Positions 26,930 through 38,640 of a DNA stretch of 64,000 nt are shown here, one piece after another. The stretch is from Ophelia neglecta (taxonomy: Eukaryota), in NCBI GenBank assembly GCA_965285935.1, contig OZ260664.1:78740001-78804000 (forward strand), in the 5' to 3' direction. A program made the translations under genes and the position numbers. The notes under the pieces are model-generated. The model had not been told where the DNA came from and ran no database searches. It worked only from the letters and a program-made list of their open reading frames with translations. Each line of letters starts with the position of its first letter. Within the stretch, counting starts at the first letter, position 1.

Positions 26930-27920
26930 GCAGGTAAGGAGACACTTCCAAAGATAAACTACTACCCACAGGTAGGGAAATGTCCTAAACTAACATACTC
27001 TTCTATGCACTTCTTACATGTAGGGAGGAATAAAAATAATACATATATACAGGTATGGAAGAATAGAAATAATACACTCCACTATCAGGTAGGGAAGAAC
27101 AAAAAATAATACACTCTACTAACTGGGAGGGAAGAATGAAAATAATACACTCCACTCCCTGTAATAATACACTCCACTAACAGGTAGGGAAGAGTAAAAA
27201 TAATACACTCCACTAACAGGTAGGGAGGAATAAAATAATACACTCCACTAACAGGAAGAAAAAACTAAAAATAATACACTCCACTCCCTGTAATAATACA
27301 CTCCACTAACAGGTAGGGAAGAATAAAAATAATACGTCCCACTAACAGGTAGGGAAGAATCAGATAATACACTCCACTAACAGGTAGGGAAGAATGAAAA
27401 TAATACACTCCACTCCCTGTAATAATACACTCCACTAACAGGTAGGGAAGAATAAGAATAATACACTCCACTCACAGGTAGAGAAGAATCAGATAATTTG
27501 TCCCACTAACAGGTAGGGAAAAATAAAAAAAACTCTACTAATAGGTAGGGAAGAATAAGATAATACACCCCACTAACAGGTAGGGAAGAATATAAATAAT
27601 ACACTCCACTCCCTGTAATAATACACTCCACTAACAGGTAGGGAGGGATGAAAATAATACACTCCACTAAAAGGTAGGGAAGAGTTAAAACAATACACTC
27701 CACTAACAGGGAAGAATAAGATGATTCACTCCCCTAACAGGTAGGGAAGAATAAAATGATACACTCCACTAACAGGTAGGGAAGAATAAAAATAATACAC
27801 TCCACTAACAGGAAGGGAAGAATAAAAATAGTACAATCCAATAGCAGGAAGGGAAAAATCATACTCAACTTACAAGTAGGGAATAATAAAAATCATAACT
27901 CCATTTATTTGTAGGAAAAA
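26930..27920 (+). repeat. ~36-bp minisatellite (aataatacactccactaacaggtagggaagaataaa) with an interspersed 22-bp variant (aataatacactccactccctgt)
   Basis: Directly visible array. The core is homogeneous at about 27060-27830 and both edges are degenerate. Confidence 0.93.
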
Positions 27921-28640
27921 GTGTAGGGTTGCTAAATGTAACATTATTTTCAAAGAGTATGTGGTGATATGACCAGATAAGTGTAGAAAGCCACGTAAAT
28001 CCCAAAGAACTAACAAACCAACCAAACCACAAGGGGCATCTTTTAGTGAGCTGAGAAAATATAATTGAAAGAGAAAATTAAACTGCTGTTCATAGTCACT
28101 TGGGTGTCGTGGTGGGACCTTAATATTTAAAAAATGGTTGATGGAGACCTCAAATCGATGCCAGCACTCACAAGAACCTAAGTGCTTTTTTAAAGCCTTC
28201 TAAATAGGCAAAATCATTTTTAGTGTTCATGCAGTTGACCCTTTAAATGTACCTCTTATACTGATTCTGGAAATATATTTCCAATCATATGTTCTAGAAA
28301 ACAATTTTTTTGTTTTTCTCCTTCATTGGTGAACTGCCTTATAATTGTAGCTTTAATTTATCTAATATTATATTAAATTCTTAAGATTATCGGCCATTAA
28401 GAAGCCAGTACATCATTGTGTTATAGAATAGAATAAATGTATTTTACGATTAATCAGCCTCACCCTTTGCCTCTTTAAACAAATACATGAACACTGAAAC
28501 AGAAGAAATGATTATATGACGATTATATTAATATAAAAGGGATCTTCTGAGTTACTTCCCGGTGGAGCTAGTACCTAGTCTTCTATTTCTGATATGCCAA
28601 TGACAGCCAGTATTTCTTTTTTCTTTTTCTTTTTTTACAG

Positions 28641-28732
28641 CAAGGCGACATTCAATTAGAAGTGGTGTTTGTAGCCCCCGACGAAGACAGCGATGATGAA
28701 AATCACGAGTATGAAGACGAAAATGGTTTTAG
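28641..28732 (+). CDS. GOPC: GOPC coding exon (PDZ end + acidic segment)
   Basis: Long polypyrimidine tract + tacag acceptor; donor [36 protein letters not shown](R) resembles vertebrate [30 protein letters not shown]. Confidence 0.93.
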
Positions 28733-28958
28733 GTCTGTAACATTGTTTGTGCTGTTTTACTCCTTAGAAGTGCCAATACTCTACACTTCAAAGGTTATTT
28801 GTATGATAATTGATTAAAGAAAAAATTATGCCTTGAATACTAGCTTGATTTTCTCCATACAATACTTTATATTTGGTCTTTGATGCACATGTAAAATAAC
28901 AGTTTTGTTGATATTGTTTACTAATACCAGTAGTATGTTATCTTGTCTCTCTGTGTAG

Positions 28959-29153
28959 ATATAAGATTTACGACGAGGATGTGGTGAGTGACACCAGTGG
29001 CAGCAGTCACATGAGCACGTCACAGCAGAATGGCAGTGCAGAAACCCAGGCACTACTACCCAACGGACCAAACTCTGTGGCCCCACACGCTGCTGAACAT
29101 TCCCTCGATCAAAAAATGCTTGGTCACCTTCTTGAAACAGTGTCTCCCTCTAG
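28959..29153 (+). CDS. GOPC: GOPC coding exon (C-terminal tail)
   Basis: Acceptor tctctctgtgtag and donor GTGAGG. Open frame (R)YKIYDEDVVSDTSGSSHMSTSQQNGSAETQALLPNGPNSVAPHAAEHSLDQKMLGHLLETVSPS, phase 2 at both ends. RYKIY resembles vertebrate RYRLY. Confidence 0.8.
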
Positions 29154-31240
29154 GTGAGGTTATCTTCAGCATTAGTGCTTTTGAATTGTATTGAGATATG
29201 TTTGACCAGCTGTATCGTGTGCATTCTGAGTTATATCATGTCAGATAAGAATGGTTCAAAATTTTGCACTATTTGATTTTTTCAATGTGTGTTTTTGTGG
29301 CACTTTTGGTGTAAACTAATTGACTTTATTTTTCATGAAATTGATCAGGAAACCAGTATTGAATTAGTATTGAGAAGCTGCATTCCTTTACTGTGACCGT
29401 TTATTAGTGGTATATAGATTTTGTGATGAAAATGATAGTTACAAGTTTAGAGAGCAGACACTTTTTTTTTGATATATGAAAATGGAATGAATTCTTTTGA
29501 TGATACATTTAATAGAAAATGATTTTTTGTGGGTCAAGTTTTATCGCTCATAAATTGAAATATCATGCTGGAGAATATTAAAACGAATTCATAGAAAAAC
29601 CCAACAGTGGTAGCTCATTTATCCTGATGATTTAAGGGTTTTATCACAATGGGCCAACCACTTCATTGCCCATATTCACCATGTTTGGCCAAGCTATAGT
29701 CAAATTTATTTTTGAATTCAAAATAGAGCCTTGTAGTCTATATTTGAGAACATTTGTGCAGATGTATTCATAGTAAAAACAAATTAGTTTCCCCCGTTTA
29801 GCAAAAAAATGTGAATATCACTTTTGTTGCCATAGCTCCAGATAGCCTTACAGGCTATAGCCTAAATTGTTTACTGCAAAGCCTATCTAAATAAGGTAGT
29901 GAAAATAGCTGAGATGGTATAATAATGTTAACATGGATGTTACTTGTCTATGTAAATGCAAATTGATGGCTAAAAGTAGATTATGAATTGATTCCATGAT
30001 CCCTCCAATATGTTGTGTCACATTATCTGAAAGCTAGGAATTGGAAAACAAAAAAAAAGGAGGGTGATTAACTCCATCATTGAATTGGCTTCAAAAAAGA
30101 CTATTATCTTGAATGGCGAAATCATAGATGCTTTTGAGTTGAGTGTCAGGGAAATATCTGCTATTGTTAGATGCCCAGTTTTAAAGCCAAAGCGAGTGGG
30201 TGATGGTTTGAGGTCATTTTTTATATTATCAAGTCAGCTGATAGAAATAATTACTAATATTTTATAAAACATTTTATGTATACATTGTAACAAACTGAAT
30301 TGGGGAAAGTAGTGAGGATGTTTGCCCATTAAACATGTACAGTATGTGCATGCATGCTTATTGTATAATCTGATGATAGATGAGTTTTAAAATCAAAAGA
30401 TAAGTCATACCCCCACTTAAAGACTTCCTTCCCGCCCCAAGATTATCATTTGGGATGAAATTTAGTCAGTAGGTCTTTTCACATGACAAACATTAACATG
30501 GCCTTCATGAGGAGCATATGTATAGCAGCTTTGGGGGCAGGCCTCGTTTAGAACTAAATTATGTTCAATCTTATCAATTTATCCCATTTTTCGTAAAAAG
30601 TCAAGAGAAAGTGCCTGCAAAAGGACATTAAAAAGGCTTCAATGGGTGTGCCAAGTGTGATATGCCCTTAGGGGTTCCCTGAGGTGATAACACTGAAAAT
30701 TTAAATAAATTAAAAATAAAACTGTTGCTCTTAATTTAATTTAAAACATATATGTTGGTTTCACCTAACACCGACTAAAATCACAAAGTAGTCGATTGCA
30801 CCTGTCATATTCTGTCAAATAGGTCTCTTAAATGCACCTTTAATATCTACAGATTGTACATTTCCCTACTCACAAAGATATATAGATTAATTTGAAAGTT
30901 CTCATCCCATTCCACCAATTATTTTTTAAATTGAGCTATAAAATTTGCTCACCAAGTCTGTGTCTTTTTAATATATTTTCTGATATATAGGGGCAGACCC
31001 ATTTGGGATCTTAGCCCTACACCACCAGGGGGTCCTACTCTACCCCCCTTTAAAGAGGTCCTTGCACCCCTTAGTTTATAAAAGGGGTCATCTCACAAGT
31101 AGGGTGTGGGAGGACACATTAAATTCCCCTCCCATGTCCTCTGAGCTGGCCCCTTTTTCCTCACTTTCTCATTCAATCCTGATATGAATTATTTGTGTGT
31201 CGTTCTAACATTAATCTGTTGATGCCTTACCTTTTTCTAG

Positions 31241-31293
31241 AAAACACTAGCTTGAAACTCATACACTGCTGTGTCTGACTGTCAGTAACACAG
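31241..31293 (+). other. Candidate 53-nt alternative cassette exon of GOPC with in-frame stop
   Basis: ttctaac branch-like motif, ccttacctttttctag acceptor, and CAG|GTACAG donor. In GOPC phase it reads (R)KH-stop. Confidence 0.4.
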
Positions 31294-33134
31294 GTACAGC
31301 CGACTCCTTCTTCACCCCGGCGCACTCTCCGCCTCCTAGCCTTATCTGTTTGTCGATTAAGCGATTAAATTGTATTTTGTTGGTAGTGTCGTTTGATTAA
31401 TTTATCTCTGTATGCTCGTGTGTGCACTGTAGCATGGTTTTTATGGTTTGTTCAAGTTTGTTTGGACTTTGTTTTTTTAACAAACACCCCAGTGAAAATA
31501 AATTGAGGGCAAGATTGATGGCAACTAGTATTGCAGTAATTTAGGCTTCATCTTTTATGATTTGCTATCAACCAAGAAGCACCATCCATGTGTTGTACAT
31601 CTTTGTGCCAAGTATCTTTGCTCTTTTTCTGAGAAATATTTTGGTGAAAAAACCTTGGTGTATCTGGACTAGCCAGCCCTCATACATGTATCTGGCTTCT
31701 GCATGGCCTTGTTACACAGACACTTGTCACCAGTCACAAGGAAATTGGGTTTGTCTACTTAAAGGGGAGGTTAGGGGGTCCAAGTTCCCAACTGCAAAAA
31801 AAGGCAATTCCCAAATCAAGGACATTTAAATTTGGATTTTTCATATCATAAGGAATAAGATATTTCCTGGGAAATTAAAAAAAAAACATTTCTAGGGTGC
31901 ATTTACTGAAAATCCTTGAAAAACATACAAATGTCAAACCCCAAGTTATGAAAAGTTAAGGCTTAAAACACCATATCACGATAAATCAAAAGGGTGATCC
32001 CAAGCGTTAGGAATACCCGACACCCTGCTATTAACTTAATTGTAAAGTATTTAAAATATATATCTTTTTGACACCAAGAGTACTGCAGTAAAACATTGTG
32101 CAATTTGTGTTCTAAAAGATGTCACTTTTGGTTTATGATGCTTAGAATCTGGGAAATACCACAAAAATCTCACATTTCATAACATATTTTTTCTCATCTC
32201 ACAGCTTATTTAATTTCTATGGTTGACAAAATTAAGTTCAATAATTCTTCTATTTTATGCCATAGATATTTTTCTCTTATAAAGTGTATGTGCAAACAAG
32301 GCTCTGTCAGTTTTCTTTTTAACAAGCTTCATTTTGTAATTATGATTTTTGGCACTTGTTTTTAATCAGTTGTCAATTGGACTCTTCATTTGTGTCAAAA
32401 AACTTAAAACAAAGGGGTTAGGAAATAAATCTTTATTTGAACTTCAGTTTTTTTGGGCAGCACCACCTTTTTTTAATTATAGTCCTTTTATTGTTACTTC
32501 AAACCCTGTATTAGTCGGCCTTTTTATTTGCATTTGTGAAGAAAAATGTAGTGGTAAGTGTATTAACATAGGTGAATGAGTACTTTGAAAATATTTATCA
32601 GTGCTGCATAATATAGTGTACAAGCTTGCTCTGTTCTGCTTACTGGTTTAGATTGAATGTACTACTCCAGTTTACAAGTTTACATACACAGAAAAGTCAG
32701 TTTGCATTCTGGATGTTAAGATTGGAATTTGAAGGATAAAGTATGTTTTTAAATATATGAGAGCATGATATTCCTGTTATTTATAGTATGTTTGTAGAAA
32801 ATAATCAAAGATACAGAAAACCAAATGATTAGGCGATCCATTGATTCTGTTTTTAAAATTAAGTGTCACGTACATTAAAGTGTGCATACACTAGAGTTTT
32901 GATTTTTATGAAGATAAAACCAGTGACCACCATTTCACGAGAAAAAATAGTTATCTTGATATGTTAATACTGTACACAAATTAATCCCTTTGGCTGTCCT
33001 ATTCTAACATCATCATATGAAAATGTGGGATAACAATTGAACCTTTGAATATAGCCGACTTCTAGAGAGATCTAAATCCCATTCTGTTACCTATATTCCA
33101 GGATGAGATATTTAATTTTTTCCATCTATTGCAG

Positions 33135-33456
33135 CTCTTCAACTGAACAACAAACGGACAAAATCTCTGCCACTGTGTCTCAAATTGTTACCAAGGAAGA
33201 AGCATCCACTGAGAAGTCGGGGGAACTGTCTAGAACAGGCGAAGAAAACCAGCCACAGCCGGAACTACAGCCGGACGACTCACAGGAGGGCGCCACTTGT
33301 AAGCCACCAGATAGCAGTGATCCAGAAGTAGTACCTTCATCCACTAGCCCTACTACTAGTATAACAACTGAGCCTGTACCAGAGTCACAGCCTGACGACA
33401 ACCTGGGATTGAAAAACACCCAAGAAGAAAAAACGGAAACAGGGAATGAGTCATGA
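33135..33456 (+). CDS. GOPC: Probable terminal coding exon of GOPC (acidic S/T/P/E-rich disordered tail)
   Basis: Acceptor ttttttccatctattgcag, and the phase matches the previous exon (AG+C = Ser). Open frame SSTEQQTDK...TETGNES ends in TGA and is GC-richer than its flanks. Assigned by phase and position, not by recognised homology. Confidence 0.75.
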
Positions 33457-34850
33457 TTCCATTGAGTTATATAAATTAAGTTATTTTGAATTGTGAATAT
33501 GTGTAAGGCATGGAAATATGATTCATGGTCACTAAAACGTACTGTTTAATTAATTAAAATACTTTAAGTTGATAATTGTCAACATGATATTTAATGTTGT
33601 TGTTGATAAGCTTAGAAGGCATTAAGCTGAGTGAGTGACTATGTAGTACTGGTTAATGACAGATTTTTTCAGACACCGGGTACTGATAGGTTGGTTCGCA
33701 GAAGACTTTTTGGGACTTGGCAGCCTCTGAAGGAAACGACAAATATATTTGGATCTATTTGGTCACATTTCAGATGCCTATATATTTTGCAAAAAATTAG
33801 CTATTTATTGTCAATCAAGCCAACACATATTTACCACTGCTACCAAAATTTAAAATACTGATTTAGAAAATTGCATTGTTAAGACTTGTGCCCTATGCCA
33901 TGCTGACAAACCTTTGGCGAAAATTTGTTAATTGTTGGAATATAGAAATGTATGTGGACCATAAGAAAACCTTAAGCTGGGCATCTGATGATCAACATTT
34001 TAAAGGGTATTGAATTTGACCTCAAAGTTATAGCCAAAGGTCATATATTACTTCAATATATTTAAGCTGTGTGAAATTTTTACGGACAGACTTCAGTATT
34101 TTACAGACATGTAAGCTATTAAAATAGATAATTTCCCCTTGATATTGACATTATTTGGGACTTAAATTAAAAACATCAGACATATTTCATCCTTTGCAGA
34201 TTGGGCAGATTAAACAGAGGGATGTTTTTATGGTGGATATTTCATCATTCAAAATGTTTTTGGTGAACTTACAATTTTTTTCTGAATGTCCGCTAGATGA
34301 ACCAAATACTGATAGTCTGGTTACTCAATTTATGGTCATTAAGTTTGATGAACATTTTATCACATCTTTGGTTTTTGTCAAGCTATATTTCCTATAGAGT
34401 ATTTTTTACTCATGGCAGATGAATTTTAAGGAACAAATCTGTGAACTGACAAATCATATACCTGCTATCTTATGACCTTGAATTCTGTTTTTATATTTTT
34501 TCACATTTCTGTTCAGTAAGTATCTCAGAGGAGATATGGTGTGTTAAAGGATATGCCATTATACATACAATTATATATAGCTTGAATGTGAACAATATGT
34601 TGGGGATTTTCCCTGGTAGCTCTTATTAAGCCCTAGGGGGGTGGGAGATGCATGGTGGGTCTGAGAAGGTTCTGTGGGGAATTTGGAAGGGGAATTGTAA
34701 GTACATTAGGTGTTCTCTTCATTGAAAAATATCCTCTACATTGGGTATTGCTTTTTCACATACAAATCCGCTCCGAAGTGTCCCCCCCCCCCCCCCCCAC
34801 CCTGCCCAAAGCATTAAGCCTAGTGTTTTCCACAGGCAGTGGGTCTGCAT

Positions 34851-34960
34851 GACAAGTATCACAGCACTGCCTCCCACAACAACACACTGATAATATATAT
34901 CTAACCTAAAGACACGTATCACAGCACTGCCTCCACAAAGTCATTCTGATAATATATACT
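34851..34960 (+). repeat. 60-bp imperfect tandem duplication
   Basis: gaca(a/c)gtatcacagcactgcctcc...ctgataatatata occurs at 34851 and 34911. Confidence 0.8.
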
Positions 34961-36816
34961 TTAATGGAAGGGGATTTTGTTTTAGTATTAATAAAAGTAT
35001 CTAGAGCAGAAGAACATTGTCAGGTTTAAGTTTTACATTGAATTGTATTTACCTTGTTTTAGGAAAGCATTTTCTCTTTTAATTATTGTTATTTATTACG
35101 AATTGATTAAATTGTACTCCCTGTTCACATAGCTGTGAGGGCTTTAGTATGCACATTTGATTATACAAGAGGTAAAACCAAATGTATATGTTCATGTAAA
35201 ACATGTGTACAGGACAAGGGTTAAAGAAAAAAGGTAGCATTTTCTTCCCTGCTAAGTTCCCCTACAAACAGTGACTCATTCAAGAGCAAAATTACCCATA
35301 ATTGACAATAAGATATATTTTGTATGAAACAGATTTGGCCAGATGTGCATGTAAGTGTAAGAGAGAGCAAGTGGTTTCTGATAATATGAGTAAAATATTT
35401 CTTTCATTTGTTGTAGGAGTATTTGTTTGTTATATTTATTACATTTAGACAGGCCGAGCCATGTGTCGTCTTGTGGATTTAATAACGAATCTAACAAATT
35501 CAATGTGAAAATATATAATATGAAGATACAATAAATAATTTGTATCATAATAGCATATAATATCACATTTATAGAGTCCAAAATGGAAATACACTGTTAA
35601 GCATTGGTGTTGCTAGGCCAGGACAGGTTTGTCTTGAACCCCCAAAATGCTAAATATTATATTACCCAAGCTGAATATCTCTCAATCAGTTCACCATTTC
35701 TAGCCATCTTCACAATTTACCTGGAATGCAACCATTGATAGTATGAACTTTTACTGGCCTGAAACTGGTCATAGAAAAGATATAAAGAAATTATGATGTC
35801 CTTTTGCTTATACAATTTTGAAGCATCTTAGCAGCAAACCTTTCCATGCCAGTTGCATTTTCACTCATCATTATAAGTGAAAATTGGTATATTGAAAGCC
35901 TTAAGTCCAGTTCCTTTTTCTCTGGTTTTCTGCTGCCCTTACTTACCCTTGCTGATATTGTAAGCCCTGTCCATTGATAGCGTAGGAGACTGGTGCTGGC
36001 CCCCTTCTAGATTCTGGTCTTCAGGCAATTTGTGATTTCTGATTATAATGTAAATTTACTTGAGTATCTACAAGCCATAGCTATATTAGTCAAGTAATAC
36101 TCATGCCAAGTCTTATGCTATGGTTTCTGGTCATAACAAATTTTGATTGGCCCTCAGTGTACACTGGCATATACATGTATGTTAATCAAGTGTATAATAA
36201 GTTTATGTACTATGATAGTTTCCAACAATAGGGCCAGTGGGGTCAGGGGTTGATAAAATTATGCTGGTTCTTATGTATTAAGGATATAAATGGACAAAAT
36301 AACTAATTAAGATTTGTCCAAATAAACAAAAAATAACAATATATGAATGAAGAAAGTGTGAAATGTATGTACATGTATATAGAACATCTATTTACCCCAG
36401 TTTATGATATGGGTGGAAATAGTATTTTTATGGGCAAGCAGTTCCCACTATTGAAATTTACCTATGTAGATATAAAAAAAATGACCCAAAGACCTGGTTA
36501 TGAAATCTCTGCTTGAATATTGATCCATATCTTATCAAATTTATGAATAATTATAGAATTTGATCATTATTATTATGATATGAACAGTATTGCTCCATTC
36601 TAAATGGTGCCCTTAAATTTGTACACCAGTGGCATGTCTCCTATGTTTGCTTGTCTGCTTATGATGATCTTTGAAACTTATGTTAACTTTGCAATTTTTT
36701 AAGGAAGCATTCCTGGGAAAAATAAAATGCTATAAACTTCAATGTGAAAACCTCCACATTTGTGGAGATACAACGATACATTCTATGTAAAGATGTGACA
36801 CAAAGGTACTTGTAAA

Positions 36817-36842
36817 AATAAACAGCTGTAGAAGCTAATAAA
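36817..36842 (+). promoter_or_regulatory. Candidate GOPC polyadenylation signals
   Basis: Two AATAAA hexamers (36817, 36837) followed by GT/T-rich sequence. Other AATAAA occur upstream, so the true 3' end is uncertain. Confidence 0.25.
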
Positions 36843-37929
36843 GTCAACATACACATAATCCCAGCTTAGTAAAAGTGTTTACAATGAAACCTATATCTGT
36901 CACAGTTTCATCTGGTTTTTTTTCTGCCTGACGGTCTGTGACAATCTGTTTGTATGTGCATAACCGGTCTTCAATTTGGTAGTTGTTCACATTTTTAAAT
37001 GCTGTTTAGTATTCCAGCGTTACTGATATTTCAAGAGGTCTCACCACAAGGACGCAATGCCACAGAAAGGCCAGGGACTTTTGAAATATCATTAGTTGCT
37101 AAAAGGAATTGGAATTCATAATTTGATTGTCATGGCAACACTGTAGAGACTAAGCACCACTGGTATTATATAATGTATGCGCAGTAACAGTGAGGTCATG
37201 AGGTCACGGTGGTTCTATAAATGTCCTGTATCTAATCCTGCCAAGAGGAGCCTTAATTGTGTTATTTTTCTCTCTAACAGAAAATGTGGGCAAAGTCTAA
37301 CTTATAAATTTGCCACAAAATAATGATAAAATCACAGAAACTCAACTCTGAGATGTAAAAATCAGCAGTATGAGAATAAAAAGGCTTTATCATAGTATGT
37401 AACTATAGTTGGCATTCTTTTTTATAAAAACATACACAAGCTGGGGCCAAACGAAAAAAATTGTGTCGTTAACTGTATGTGGAGTGAAAGATGTCCTATG
37501 GCTTTCGTCACATTTACTGCACAGCATTTTATGATGACATCATGATGAAATCATAACTCCCTGCTGCTTTTTTATTCATTTGGCTCCAGTGTGACATGTA
37601 AATACAGATGGATGAAAGCCACTTCTGTTAACTCTGTAATAACTTATTATTAAAGAGATTAAACTATTTTAATAAAATAGTCACAAATGAGATGAATTTA
37701 AACTCTAATAGTCCAGTCTAATAATAATATTAGTAATAGTGCTATTTTATAAAACGCCAGTAGAAATACAAACAAATGTACACTGTTTTATCAAATTCAA
37801 TCTGCTAAGGTTGTACTTTCAGACACTTTGAATTTAAAACTAAGCCAATACAGTAAAGTTTATTAGATTGTGTCTAAATATGAGCCAGTTGTCTGGTTCC
37901 TGAAAATTGTAAGCATTTCTTGCCCTATA

Positions 37930-38640
37930 TATAGCTATAAAACATTTTTATAAAAAAATTTTGGCAATAGCATGGAAACATTCTCTAAAATATTTTTAAA
38001 TCCTTATTTGTCGAGCTATAAATCAGGTTTAAAACATTCTATAAACAGTCTTATATATACTAGATATAATAATGTAATTAAGCACATTCTAACAATTTTT
38101 TTAACATCTTTCCTATAAAAAATTATACAATTGTTTTTGAAAATGTTTTGAAATGGTTGTTTGTCTGGCTTTACAATTGATTTACATAATTATTTAAAGC
38201 ATTGTGCCTAATTCTAACACTGTTATTAAAATCTTCCCGTGAAATATTATACAATTGATTTCAGAAAATGCTAAAAAATGTTTGTTTCTCAAGTTTTACA
38301 TTTGATTAACAGAACCCATTTAAACAGTGTTTATAAAGTTTGCCATTACGTTCTAATAATGTTATTAAAATATTGCCAAAAAACATTATGAATTTTTCTT
38401 TTAATGTTTAAAATGCTTGTGTTTAGAGCTTAATATTTGATTTATAGATTTAAAAAAAAAGTTTTATTATGTAATTCAATTCTTTCTAACAATGTTATTA
38501 AAATCTTTCCAATAAAACATTGTACAGTTGTTTTAGATAATGTATTTCAATGTTTGTTGGTCAGGCTGTATATATGATATACAGAAAAAAGTTAAAACAA
38601 TGTTTATAATGTTATTTAACAGTCTATAGCCAAGGTAATT
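37930..38640. repeat. Degenerate AT-rich tandem repeat, period ~125-140 bp
   Basis: Recurring ttctaa(c/t)a(a/c)tgttattaaaat...atacaattg...aaatg motif near 38087, 38212, 38351 and 38483. Confidence 0.65.

Noticed and set aside
26930-27920. CRISPR-like appearance of ~36-bp repeats
   Set aside because: The units are contiguous with no unique spacers, there are no cas genes, and the context is a eukaryotic intron. It is a minisatellite.
857-34798. Scattered poly-G/poly-C runs (e.g. ~857, 6461, 8779, 10843, 18078, 20322, 34782) as a G-quadruplex system
   Set aside because: They are on both strands with no consistent spacing or context, so they are indistinguishable from ordinary homopolymer microsatellites.
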